Source: Microbotryum violaceum
Taxonomy: Eukaryota
Reading direction: 5' to 3'
Assembly (NCBI GenBank): GCA_001244265.2
Contig: CDLV01000009.1
Coordinates: 1,240,001-1,304,000 of the forward strand
DNA: 64,000 nucleotides
Part shown: piece by piece, positions 1-12,814 of the stretch
Layout of the letters: the number at the start of each line of letters is the position of its first letter
How positions within the stretch are numbered: the first letter of the stretch is position 1
Program-made: the position numbers and the translations under genes
Notes under the pieces: generated by a model
Database searches by the model: none
Told to the model about the DNA's origin: nothing
What the model saw: the letters and a program-made list of their open reading frames with translations, nothing else

Positions 1-1246
1 CAGTATGGTTTCCCATGAGGCTGATGGCAGACGAGTCCAGTAGATTTCTCACCTAGGTCGACGTCGGAGTGATCTTTGGGACGACCCAGACCGGCTGCTC
101 TGCCAGCTGCATCACCCACAAAGAAGGAGCTTTGCCAATCTGTGCAGATCATCAGGGATGAAGACATCAGATCTCCCGCGTGGTACGCGCTGTTCGTCCC
201 AAGCATCGCACTCACCAATCTCGTCATGCTTCATCTCGGCCTCTTTCAAGAACCTCTGCCACATGCCTATACCAACCCCTTTACGATGATGGTCCTTCTC
301 CGTCGCGGCGAATATCCTGATGGGTATGTCCTTGAGTTTGGACGCGACGATGGTGGTCATCTTGGTCTTGAACCAGTCGAGTCGTTTGCCCTTGTAGTTT
401 TGGTTCGAAAAGAGCAGGATCGAGAAGCTACAGGACGAGGAGTAAACCACGTCATGTGACGTCTCGAGAGAAAAAGAGAGAGTGTTTGCCGGGACGTACC
501 CTTGACGATGGATCTCCCTGAGCTGGTCAGGTACGTTCGGATGCCAGTACTGCCAATCTGTCGCGCTGGTTGGGAACTTTGAGCCGTGGGTCTTGATGAG
601 GCAGCCGTCGACATCGTACGCGGCGACTTTGGTCGAACGAGGGAAGAGGGCCGTCTTGGAGGGGAGGTAGGAGGCGTAGAGGCAGGGTACTTGGGCGGTG
701 AAGGATGGGTGCCAGCGTAGGGTCGAGGGGGAGGAGGTGGGGGAGGCTCGAGAGGTGGGGCCCCCGAAGAGCGGGAAGACTGCAAAGGGAGGAGCTGGTT
801 CAGCCTTCTTCGCATTCACGAGTGGTTCGCATACGACGGGGTGACTGACTCTTTATGCTGGTCATGGTCGTCGTGATTCTTGGCTTTGAGCTCGGAGGAC
901 TGCTTGTCGAGATGGATGCTGCGACCTGTTCCTCCTTGGTGAATTGATCGACTTGGAACGAGCGTTTCAGTGGTCGAGAGTTGAGGTTGTCGTTGGGTAG
1001 GGTCGTGGTGGTCGTGGTGGTCGTGGTGGTCGTGGTGGTCGTGGTCGGGTGGATGGACGCGCCGTCGGCCGCTTCGGCTTGCACTTCCGCTGCTGCTGCG
1101 ATCGACGCGATGCCACTGCGGCGAGCTGCGACGGGCGCGACCAAGCTCAGCGACGCGTCGTCTTGACCTTGATCGGACGTGACCTTGAGCGAGGTCTTGG
1201 CCAGCGTGGTGATGGGTACGTCGGGTCCGAGTTTGGGTATGGTCAT
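1..1246 (-). CDS. PNK1: Polynucleotide kinase 3'-phosphatase (PNK3P/HAD phosphatase domain), 3' part runs off the window
   Basis: Motifs KVAAYDVDGCLIKT, DWQYWHPNVP, LFSNQ, HRKGVGIGMW and FFVGDAAGR match the PNKP phosphatase domain. A gtcagt...tttgcag intron near 850-782 joins the 1246 ORF to the 112..819 ORF. Confidence 0.85.
1002..1045 (-). repeat. 9-bp tandem repeat (GTCGTGGTG)n encoding the poly-Thr tract of PNKP
   Basis: Directly visible; translates to a Thr run in ORF 800..1246. Confidence 0.9.
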
Positions 1247-1636
1247 GTGTGGCCCATACGGTGGTGGGGGACGGTGAGAAGGCGTGTGACAGGTCGAGCT
1301 CCTCAGTCCGAGTCGACGTCACTCGGGGAGGCTTCATTTGTGATTACAAGTGGAGCTAATCGCAATTATCTCGCTCTTTCGTGTCGCGCGATCCGCGATC
1401 CGCTCCTCCCCCGCTCCCGCTCCGCTGAGCCGTCCGGTCTTGCTTTCGACGCTGCCCTCGAAAGCCCGTCGCGAGGCCACGTAAGCTCCAACATCACCCC
1501 ACTCTTCGTCCACGTAAGCGCTGAGCAGCTGACCGGCAATCCCACCCCCGCTTCTCATTCTTCTCCCCCTGACGTGCGATTTGACCGCTGCTCTTTCCTC
1601 TTTGTCATCGGGTCGACCGACGACCTTCACTTCAAT

Positions 1637-4600
1637 ATGCGCTCACAGCGTATCACTCGCACTCACCGAGGCACAGATCGAAGGCACTCCTCCCTCTCCA
1701 CCTCCCCTTCATCGCTCGACAGTAAGTCACACCTACCAGGCTGTCTGCTACGAGCTTGCACGAGGCGCGAGTCGTCGTCAGTCGGCTTGCGTGGCACCCC
1801 CTACACACTCATTCGGTCTCCTCGCGCCCCTCTCGGCCAGATGCTGACCTCTTCTGCTTCTGGTGGAAATAGTGAGCGCTGCCGAAGAAGATGACATCTT
1901 GGAACTCGACAGCCCCGAGGCCGAGCCGATCGACTTGATCGAGGATGAAGAAGCCGACGACCTGCACATCCCCTCGTCCCCGTCCCACAAGAGAGGTCTC
2001 GCCGATGCAGCAACAGCCACAACCTCGTCACCGACGAACACGCAGAGCAAATTACGGAATCTGGTCGAGAAACCGAGGCATCAGCAACTGCAGTATCAGC
2101 ATGCGTTGCCGTACCCGGTCGAGTCGTTGCAGGAGATGGACCACAAGTTGGAACTGATCGTCAGGCGATTGATCGAGTGTGTCAGGGCCAAGGACTAGTA
2201 CGTTGCCGCTCGGGTATCTTATCTCTGTGATTCAAGTCTGATCGTTGGCACATCACTCACAGTGACGTTGGATTCGTTCGTAAGCTTGCCAAGGACCACT
2301 TGGGTCGACTGCGCAGCAGAACTTTCGCTACGTTGAAAACTGAATTGGCCCCTCTCCTTGCTCTTTCTAGAATGGAATCATCGGCTAGAATGTTGGACCT
2401 CGCTCAAGTACCCGATGCGGCGAGACATTCGTGCCAAGCTCACCAAACTCTACTTTGAGCTCTCGGTCCTCCCTGGCATGGACGCTCGGCTTGTCGACAT
2501 CGCGGCCAACATGACCATGTCCTTGCTCGAGAACAAGAAGCGAATCGACATTACTGATATACAATTACCCTGGAGGCCCATATACGCGATCCTCGAAAAG
2601 GAGTTGTTTCCCAAGCAGAGAAAGACGGGGCTTACGTGAGTCGTGGCTCTGATGTTGAGATGGGCCGATGCGGATATCATGCTTAACTTACACAATTCTC
2701 ATTCGGTCAGAAATGTCTCGGCGACCTTACTCTCCCTGACCGAGTTCTCTCAGCGGTTCTTCCCGCCTCACGAGATCCCCGCCATGCTCGAAACGTTTCT
2801 GCCTCGCCTTTCATCATCCCTCAACTCGATCCTAGCAACCCAGGCCTTTTGCTCTCACTTCCTCCCTCTCTCCCATCCCCAATACTACCTCCAAGCCGTA
2901 TTCAAACTCTGGGGCGCTTTCAACTCGTCGATCTGGGACGAGCAGTGGCTCGACATGATGGAACGACTCGCTATCCGCCATCTCGACCCCGCCGTCAGCG
3001 ATCCCGAAATCGTAGACGAGTTGCGCAAGGCCGCTCGATCACGGGGAGAGTACGTCGAGGAAAAGACGCGTTTCGAGGATTTTTTACCCCCGTTGGCATC
3101 GAGACCACCGAGTGAGGAGGACGTGGCCATGGAGGATGTTTCGACCACAGCACAGGCCCCGAGCTCGTCCGAATGGAAAGGGATACGTAAAGACGTCGGA
3201 ATCTTCACCGACGAGCAGTTCTCGTTGATCATGACCAAATTTCTGCGCGCTACGGGCGTGCCCGTCGGGGGTGGGAGTCGAGTCGGTGCCGAAGGGGTCG
3301 CCGCGACGGATTTTGCCACGTCCGACGCATCGGCCAGTGGTTCTTCCTTGACGATGAAACGACCTGCGGACCGGTTCGCTTCTTTTGCTGCTATCATCGT
3401 GCATTCGATGGCCGTAGATGCCCTTGCTTCCGGGACGACGCCGATGTCGAGTCGACCCACAAGTCCCGTCACGACGGCCAAGAAGCAACAGAAGAACTAC
3501 CTCGCCGGATCGAAAGCGCTTGATGCACTGGCCAAACTTGTCCAGGCCACCGAGGGTTTCTTTCACCCTTCCAACTATGGAGCATGGGCCCCGAATCTGG
3601 GCCGCTTCTTGCAAAACGTGACGTGGGAGTTCCACAAGCGCACGAAAGAGGAGGAACGCGCGGACTGCAAGACACCGATGGAGTGGCGTCTGACCCCGAT
3701 GATTCGACTCGAGTTTGTCAAAACGATGCGCACCGTTGCCTTGCTGTCCATGTTCTCCCGGGATCCCATGACGATCGCGAATGCTCAAGCGGCGCTCAAG
3801 TTGATGGGGTACCTCGAACCCGACCTCATCTTCCCCGCATTGCTGGAACGAGCGTATCCTGCACTCGAGACCTTGCTCGAGACACATCGTACGACGGCTT
3901 GTATCACCGCCTTGTCGACCGTCTCGCCGCCGCTCATCTCTCGCTCCGTCTACCCCGCCGGAGCCAAGAACTTGGTCCCGCTGCTCGAGCTGTGCTTGCC
4001 CGGCCTCGACGTCAACGACCCAATCAAGACGATGTCAACGGCGATGTTCGTCATTCAAGCGGTCACTTCGGTCATGGTCGACGACTTGACGCGGCCCGAG
4101 CTTCAGTCCGCTTACGAGTCGGAGCCTGACGGACAGACAGAGTCGGATCCGCCAGCCATCGTGCTCGAAGGCGAAGAGCCCAAGCTGACGAAGCATGAAG
4201 AGGACGAGGTCGTTCGCATTTCGACGGCAGGTTTCCCGGAATGGGTTTCGAGCTTCTTCCGCGCCGTCTTGGTCGTCTTCGACTCACTTCCCGAGCCGGG
4301 CAAGAACCAGCGCAACGGTGGCAAGATGGAAGACCAGATGACGCAGACGATGATTGCGGCCTGCGACTTTGTTTGCTCGCAGCTGTCACCGCCCTTGTTT
4401 GAGCTTGCTTTGGGCATCGTCTTCAAAGAAGTGACGTCGACCGTGAGATCTAATTCGGCCCGAGTCGTCTCGCAACTCGTGTCGTGCTTTGCTCGCGCCA
4501 ACTCGGCACAGACGCTCAAGCTCTTCCTTCCGTTATGTGACGATCATATCCGTCTCGAACTCGAAGGAGGCGCCTCGTCGACGCGCACGACCTCAACCAG

Positions 4601-7600
4601 CAACGTCATCGAGTCGGACGTGTCGCTGCATTGGTGGATCGGCCTCCTCACAGGCGCAATCACGAACGGAGGGGCGGCATTGCTGCAACACAAGGATCAA
4701 CTGATGGCGTTGCTCAAGTACATGATCGAGAATTGCAAAAGCGAGCGGGGATACACGACGTCTTCGAGAATCTTGGCCCTGCTACTCGTCTCGTTGACGA
4801 ACGTGTGGGTCAAGGACTATCGGTCCGTCAACGCCGAGGAATGGAATAGCGAAAGCTGGAAGGCCCATCACCACCAACGATGGGGGCGGTTGTACGAAGT
4901 CAAGGATGTCAAGATCGAGTGGCACGTTCCATCGGATGACGAGATCAGTTTCGCTCTCGAGCTATTGCGGGATGTTGTTGAACCGGCCATGAACGCACTC
5001 GAGGCGCTGCAGCGCGAGTCGACGCAAGAGGGCTTCAATCGCTCGACTGTTTGGACGAACGACTTCTGTCGATACTGCAACGTCGTTCGGTCAGCCTTGT
5101 CTGGCATCCCAGCATTGGCGTGGCTACCTACACCGACTGAGCGAGGAGCGGTCGCTTCGGACGCGGGCGACGAAGTCCCCGAGTTCATCGACCACATGCC
5201 GCACTGTCTTTCGGGAATGTGCCTGACCGACCCTTTGGATCCCCGGCACTCCTATGTCGTCAACCTTCGTGAGCGAGCAGGTTATCTCTTTCACGAAGCC
5301 GTCGCAATGCTGAAAAGCAGTGCTCAAGACGATTCGATCGACTGCGTCAAGATGCTCATTTCCTCGATCCGCGTTCTCGAGTTGGAGTATCCTTGCATAC
5401 ATACGCATTACGGTGATATCAAGAAGACGTACGATTTCGCGTTGACGATCTCGAGGACGATGAGGAATCAGAAGCTGTTCCCTAGGTGAGTTTCTAGAGC
5501 CGGAGCGTGGTATTGAATATGCCGATTAACTGAAACGATCATCGATGCAGATTTGTGTGGGTTCGTCGCGCGGCCCTTTATCATGCCTCTCGCATGCGCC
5601 TCAATTCGTTCTACCGCAAACGGACGCCACTCGACGATCTACTCATCGCCGACCTGTGCGAACTCTCGCTCAGCTCCTACGTCCAGATCCGAAAGGCGGC
5701 TCAAAAGGGACTTGACTCGATGATCTCGTACTTTGATGGGACGCGCACGCTCATCTACCCTCGACTGTTTGAGGCGCTTCAACCGGGAACGGACCACGAC
5801 GTCATGAAAGGCGCCCTGTTCGTGTTGGGCAGCAAGGCGACTCAGAACATGGCAATCCTCGACTGGCGCTTCACGGGCAAGTACCTCGAGACGATGCTCG
5901 CTTGCTCGCATCAGGAGCGTCCGTCGGTCCAGAATCTGGTCAAGCAGATCACACACGACTTCGTCATTCGCTTGGCCGAGCCTTCGACACTTAAGGCCGC
6001 CGTCGACTCGGAATCGCTCAAGTCGGCGGCCGATGACCTTGAGCGTCTGATCACCTATCCGGAGGATTTAGATTTAGTGGCTCGCGTTGCTGGCAAAGCG
6101 ACGGGCCGTATAGATCAAAAGAACGAAGCGTACAATCAACTTCTGCCCATTCTGCTCGGGATCGCTCAAGCTTCGACTACGCATTGGCGCTATTCGTTGA
6201 CCTCGACTCGACTCTTGCGTGCTCTCGTCCGTCGGGATCAACCGATGCGACCCGATTTGGCGGGCTACATGGCCGAACAGCTCATTTCGGACCTGCCCAA
6301 CCAGCGCGCTCACTCGATGCTCGCGCTCACCAAGATTCTTCACTTTGTCAAACTTCGCACGGCATGCGGTGGGTCGAGCGAGAAGCTGTTGTTGCAGCAG
6401 ACGAGCAACCCATTGCGCAAACAGGTCAAGCTCGAACACCCCTTGCCGGAGGATTTCACGGAGAAGTTCATTGAATCGTTCTCCAAGCCTTTGGGCCCCG
6501 ACACGCTGTTGATGGACAAGAACGCGACTGGGTGGCTGGTGTGGGGTGACAGCGTCGAGTTTTACGAGGTCCCGCCCGAGGAGGCGTCGGCGATTCTGTG
6601 GGATCCGACTTCGGCCGAGACAATTGATCGGTTGCGCGACATCATCGTTCAGCCGTCGTGGTGGGAGACGTTTTCAAGCCACCTCGCGATGGAGAAGACG
6701 ATTGACTACCTCGCCGCCGACGCCATCACACTCGTCAAATCGATCTTCCAGATCTTCGAAGATGCGCCCTGCGAGCTGATTCAGCCGATCATCGATGGCT
6801 TCATCGCGGACCGAGCGGATCGGCACAAGCAACGCGCTGCGGGAGAGCTCATCGGTGGTATGGTCCGCGGGAGCAAGCACTGGCCGCTGCAGAAGCAACG
6901 CAAGCTGTGGGAATGGCTTGGTCAACGTCTCCCCGGTATCTTCCAGGGTATCACGCCCGAGACGCAGCTCGCTTGGGAGATGTGTGCCGAGTACATCTTA
7001 ACATCCCGCGATCCCCGTAGGAATCAGCCTCTCGTCGATTACTTGACCTCGCTCACGATCGACGCCGAGTCTTCCGAAGCTTTCAACACGTCCAAGCAGC
7101 AAGATCTCGTCGGAACGGCCATGAAGGCGCTCGGTTGGCACTTCACCCCGTGGGCCGACAAGTACATCGAGATTTACAGCCAGCACCTCGACCACCCGTA
7201 TCAAGAAGTCCGTGGAGCCGTGGCCGATAATCTACGAAGTCTATCCGAGCTGCGCCTTCATCCCTCGTACCCTTCGGTAGAAGTGTTCTTGCGTGAATGC
7301 GAGACGCCGGAAGGAGCGAAGGCGCTCATGCATGTCGATGCTTCGTATGAAGCGCGCGTCGATGACTTTGGCGCGAGACTGAAGAAGTGGCGCGAGTCGA
7401 GGCAACCTACCGCGCAGGGGACGCAGACGTATGACAAAGCCGCTTTGACGAGTAAGTCGAAGTCTTGTCGACTTGAAGGTTACCGTAAAAGCGTGCTGAC
7501 TGTAACCTGTGCCTGACTGCGTACCCTGTGCTTGACTGCAGTTTTGTCCTGGCTCTGGACGAGCATGAGCGACTTCCGCATCGCCACAGCGTACCCTTTC

Positions 7601-8607
7601 ATCACCAAGCTCTTGCCCGAGATCTTCCACATGCAGGAGATCCTTGACAACGACGTGAGTCACTTCTGTCCGGCTCTTTGACCTTGTACGCTTTATTGAC
7701 GCTTGTGGAGTGCGCCCAACACAGGAGCTCAAAGGAACCGCGGGCCGCGTGCTCATTGCGGCTGCCTGTCTGCCGTATCCCATCGAGATGACTCGCCCTC
7801 TCATGACTCAGTTCCTGGATCTGCTCCGGAACAGCCCCAGTTGGCGTACGCGCCTCGACGTGCTCGGCCCGCTCCAGGTTTACTACTTCCACAACATCTT
7901 CAACCTCGACCACGAGCTTGTCGCCGAATTGCTGGAGGCGCTGTGCGACCTCTTACGAGACCCCAAGATCGAAGTGCGCGAAGCCGCAGCCAAGACGTTG
8001 TCCGGTATCGTCAGGTGCTCACAAAGGTCGGCGATCATGTCGCTCTCGACGAGGTTCTTGACGGTTCTTCGAGCGACCAAAGTCCCCAAAAGACGTGATG
8101 CGGCGGGTGTCGAAGTTGCAACCTACCAAGAGGCATTGACGATCGCTCGTGAGTGGGGGCTCGAGCTATCAGCCGTGGAACGCGGTAGACTGATTCTCCC
8201 TTCGTTCAACCCATAGACTCGGCCGTTCTGGGTGTCTCCTCGCTCATCAACGCATTCCCTTACGAGGTTCCCACCTTTGTACCCGCTCTTTTGATCGAGA
8301 TGGCCACAAAGCACGCGTCTTCGCCCGTCCCTATCTCTACCACCGTCCGACAAACCCTCGCCGATTTCAAACGAAGTCACACTGACTCGGTGAGCTACAA
8401 GCTGGAGATGATCCATTTGTGAGGATCACAGCTGACGATCTGACTTTACGCAGTGGACTGAGGACCAAAAACAGTTTACTGAAGACCAGCTGATCGACCT
8501 ACACGACCTGTTGACTGGTTCCTCGTATTGTGAGTTATCAGTTGTGACAAAATGCTTCCTCATTGCAATTGACTGACGCCTTCGTTCGCAAATTTGCAGA
8601 TGCATAA
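1637..8607 (+). CDS. BLM10: Proteasome activator Blm10/PA200 (PSME4), multi-exon
   Basis: Very large helical-repeat protein with motifs FFHPSNYGAW, PGLDVNDPIKT, LLRDPKIEVREAAAKTLSG and AFPYEVP. The spliced C-terminus reads GSSYYA* (HbYX motif, stop 8605-8607). A 17-nt microexon lies at 2263-2279. The start is uncertain: 1637 or a split ATG at 1721/1873-1874. Confidence 0.93.
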
Positions 8608-10270
8608 TTTGTCTCAGCCTCCTCTCAACGCCGCGAACTTGGGCTCCTTACGAGCACCAATCGTCGCCCTGTATCGTAACCTCGCGGAGTAGTTTCTCTC
8701 TGCGCAAAATACCGTGATGCAAATCTTCCGTTCGATTACTTGGATGACCTTGAGCTATATTATGCTCTCAATTTGAACAGTTCCGCCAAAGAGGACATGG
8801 GAGCCGTTGCGCCACTCCGCAAAGCTGGCATCTAGATTTATGACGATTTCAGGGGCATGAAGGACGCTACAGCTCACACCAGCGCGATAGAAGCAATTCG
8901 TAGCCACTACTAAGAAAAGGAGGCGGCTCACAGTGCCAGCAAAAAGCTCCCGGTTTTTGGAAATTGGGTGCGAGTCCGGGGATGTTGCCGCGATGATCCA
9001 CGGTCACATCACAACCCTCCCATGAACCCCCCGCGATTCTGAGACCGTTATGGGATCGTCCTGGAACCAATTCAGAATCCGCGCGCCTTGTGCAGGGATA
9101 GCTCCGGTATGATCGTGCATCATCGCGGCAGCATCCAGGGACGTGCGCAAGCCCCTGCCCCTGCCATCCCATCGCCATTTCTTTTTGGCTCTGGGTGGGC
9201 CAAATTTTCGGCTGTAATGCAGACGGTGGACCTCTGAAATCGCTGTATCACCTGCCACTGTAACTTGAACAAAACGATGCAGACGTTCGTCCCTCTTCGT
9301 TATGACCACTCCCCCTGGGGCGGGTCCACGGCTCCTTAGAATCCGAAGCCCCTATCCTGGACGACTACAGGTAGCAGTACCCTTCCCTAACATACGCTTG
9401 GCTAAAATAAAAGGACCTATGCGTCTCACCCCGCGAGTTACCGCGGCAATTGCGCAAGCACTACTGCCAAGTCAAGTTGGGAGTGGGTGACTCGATAGGT
9501 TGTTGCCTCTTCGAGTCTGACTCTTTCAAGTCCCTGCCGGTATGGCCGTAGTTGGGCGAAAGGTCGGGCCCTCGGTCGCGCTGTCACCTACGCGCCCGTC
9601 GCTCTGGACTCGACGACGATTGGCACCTCATTACCGACAGGGTCACATGCCCCAGGCTTCATACGACATCTACCCAGGCTTTCAACTACACATTTTCCTC
9701 AACCGGCAAAAAAGAGCATGTGCCTTAGAACCAGGTACGAGCCTGACTCTGGATCGGCGAAAGAACGCGCAGCAAGAATATTTGCTGGACAGGACCGACC
9801 GAGACTTGGAGCCGGCGCCGGGGAGAGGGGAGCTTCCTCCGACATCTTGAAGGGCATTCGTGGTGTCATCGTTTTGACGGGTGGAGCGAAAACGTCTGCA
9901 TTTGGTGCCTCTTGTCCGTTGACCCACGATTAGGATTGATATCGCAGGAAGGCGAGCTTATGTTCGCGTTCTCCCAAGTGACATTACCTTCAATAACAAC
10001 GGGCCGATCTAAAGATACCCTTGCCAAAGCCGTTGGAGATGCGCCGGCCTCCGCAATGCTTCGGGCTGGCCAAGCCCTTTCGCCCCTTCCCGCGCCCGCG
10101 TGAGCGAGATATGGCAGTTGTGGGGTCGGCCCACGTTAATTGAAATCAGGTCCACGAAGCGTTGCACATCATCCGGATTGCAAAATTTCAGCCTTCCCTC
10201 TTCTCCCCCTACATCTTCTCTCACCCACAGTTCTTCACGCGTCAACAGCCACTCGTTTTTCCACACCCAT

Positions 10271-11650
10271 ATGATCATGACGCGATGGATGTATGCTGTG
10301 TTGTGTGCCTTGGTCCTGCCGCTCGGTTTGGCACAAGGCGGTCCTTCCCGAACGGTCTCCGAGGATTCCGAGCAAGCCTTCGAGGTGCACCAGAGGCGGG
10401 CGGCGTTGACCCAGCTTTCAAGGGGGCAGTACATGCAGTCCGGCAACATCAACTCAAACCTCCGCTGGCAAAGCTCTGGCGAATTGAACGCTGGCTCGTG
10501 CCCATCTCTTGGAGGGACCATGACCATCAGGGTGAGATTTGGAGCTTTTGATCCGTCCATCGACTCTTGGCCCTGGCGCGCCGACGACGCGCGGCCGCGA
10601 GGCGATCGCCGCCCGACCTAAACTCTCCAGTTGGGTGATAATAATCAGACTAACCAAATCCACGATCCCCATCGCGTCGCCGCCTCATTCAGAATTGCTA
10701 CCAACTGTTTCTCGAACGACGCGGTATGCTTCAATCGACAACTCAAAGCTCTTCGACCTCCAATCGATTGTTACGCCGACTCGGAGCCAGTCTCGAGGAC
10801 CAAGCTGCTGCGGATGATACAAAGTTGGACCTTTACTACCGCGTCTTCCCCGAGCAAGCCAAGTACCGATGGATAGCCAGCCCCATGGTCATGGTCGGAG
10901 GTCTGTACCGACGACAAGCTCCTGCTTGCCCCGTCGACAATACTACCACGACGACGCCCGGTGGGCCGACCCAGACGCCGACTGTTTCGCCTCGGCAGCG
11001 CGTCGAATTCCTGACCTGGCCCGGAACGACGCCCAACCAAGTGTGGTCTTACACTTGGAAGAGTTACCAGTCCGCGGATACTAAGAGCACCAACAACTTC
11101 TTCCATGCTTGGCGTAAGTCATCGTCACCGTGTCCCGCTTGTCTATGTTATCTTTTTGAGAAAGTTGGAGCCTTTCGAGCTGACCGCCTCGTGTGCCTTA
11201 CCAACTCGCAGAAATCTTGCGTCGTGATGGTTGCGGTGGACCCGTCATCACGCAAGACTATGTCGGCGACAAAGTCCAGATCAACGACATTGTTCGCGGT
11301 TGCAAGGGCTGCACGTCCATGCCTCTCAAGTAGGTCTTGGGCTCCGCGCACCGAACAATGCCCAAGTGCCTTCGGACTGACATCATTCGCACCTCACTGC
11401 CATCAGGAACTGGGTTGGAAAGACCATCATTCACACCATGAAGGTCAAGTACGGCCTGTCGGGATCGATCACCTATCAAGCCGTTGATACCAACAACCGC
11501 AAGGTACCATTGCTCAAGTACGCTGTCGCCAAGGGCGACATGGGCAGTTCGGCCAGTTTCAAATTCGGCATATACCGCGCCGTCAACTCGCAACTGAGGG
11601 CAGCGACGTCCTGGTATGGTGAATTCGCGGCAACCAAGATTTCGGGTTGA
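10271..11650 (+). CDS. Secreted polysaccharide-lyase-like (beta-jelly-roll) protein, intact copy A
   Basis: Signal peptide MTRWMYAVLCALVLPLGLAQG. Four exons splice in frame (introns at about 10532-10692, 11114-11211, 11330-11406). Motifs RQRVEF, FFHAWQI and SFKFGIYR resemble PL7/PL13/PL20-type lyase motifs. Confidence 0.7.
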
Positions 11651-11830
11651 GCGGGGTCCCAAGAGGTCCCCACTACGAACTCGACGACGCCGGTCGCCTT
11701 TCGCTCCTTTCATCGCTTCGAATGTGACACGAGTCTTCCATGTTCGATCAAGCAGTGCGATCTTTCTACGTAGCTTTCCGGTAGTTTAATTTGTTCCTTC
11801 GGTTGTATGAATTTTAGACGCTGGAATGTC

Positions 11831-12265
11831 CTATCTCTCGAGCAGTGAGAAATCTATCGGGTCAAACGAGTCGAGGTACGGGCGATAAACCATTCGATGG
11901 CGGTCGAGAGTTGGCCTGTGCTTTTGCTTCCGACTAGGATGTTTACGGATGTCCGAAGCTTGTCTCGAGTTGAGATCACGTAGGCTTGTTTGAGGCTTCG
12001 GCGCGGAAGGTGGCGTTGACACAATACCGTTTGGTTTCTTTTCCGCCGAAGTGAGCATGGTTTCCGAGCCGCCGACGAATATCCTATAGCAGGGCTGTTT
12101 CAAAGAACGTTGTGCTAGTAAAACTACCTTGTCGGTAAGCCCAGTCTCCACCTTGGTCGTCATGGTTCCCCCGAGCGATGGCCAAACGTTCCTAAGCAAG
12201 ATGCCGCTCGCCTGCCAGTGAATCTATTCGTCAATGTTTCCCGCTCACCGTTCCCCTTCCAGTGT
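11831..12265 (-). pseudogene. Truncated paralog (copy C) of the lyase-like gene, N-terminal half only
   Basis: SGNI-DE*IHWQASGILLRNVWPSLGGTMTTK|intron|PCYRIFV aligns to copy A SGNI-NSNLRWQSSGELNAGSCPSLGGTMTIR|intron|NCYQLFL. It has an in-frame TAG at 12224-12226 and a 1-nt insertion. No catalytic-half sequence was found. Confidence 0.75.
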
Positions 12266-12814
12266 AAGACGCGATCTAATAACCTACTCTGTAGAAGGTG
12301 AAGATAGATTCGCGCGGCGAACTCACCTTCCGCGAGGATCTTCGGGGCAGTTTGGTCTCTAACACCTCATAACACCTCATCGGCCCGATTGTGCAGGTGC
12401 GGTCATCCAGAGTTTGGACTCCGTGGCGAGAACGGATCCAGTGGCGAGGGGGCGGCATAAGAGTGGAGGCAACAGAAGATTTGGTGACTTTTTTTGGCAG
12501 GGCAAGTGATGAGAAGGAGGGGAAGACACGTGTCTCGCGTTGATCCCGAATGCTTACGAGCGGCCGACACTACCTCCTTTCTAAGCCTGTCCTCCCGCCT
12601 CAACCTCAGCCAGAAACGGGTGCCAAATCTGCAGACCACTCAGACCAGCTCTTGAGACCAATTTCAGCCGCCGAACAATATGAAGGAAAATCCTCCTATA
12701 CGTTTTTTTCGAGCCAATACGCGTTCCCAAACATGTGTCAAACATCGCTCTGTGCAAGGTCGCAGCAGTCTAAACCATCTCCCAACTTTTCCAAACCCAA
12801 AAAGTCCATCCTCC

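Noticed and set aside
1049..1894. 281-aa plus ORF spanning the PNKP/BLM10 divergent promoter
   Set aside because: No recognisable motifs; only its distal part may be BLM10 exon 1.
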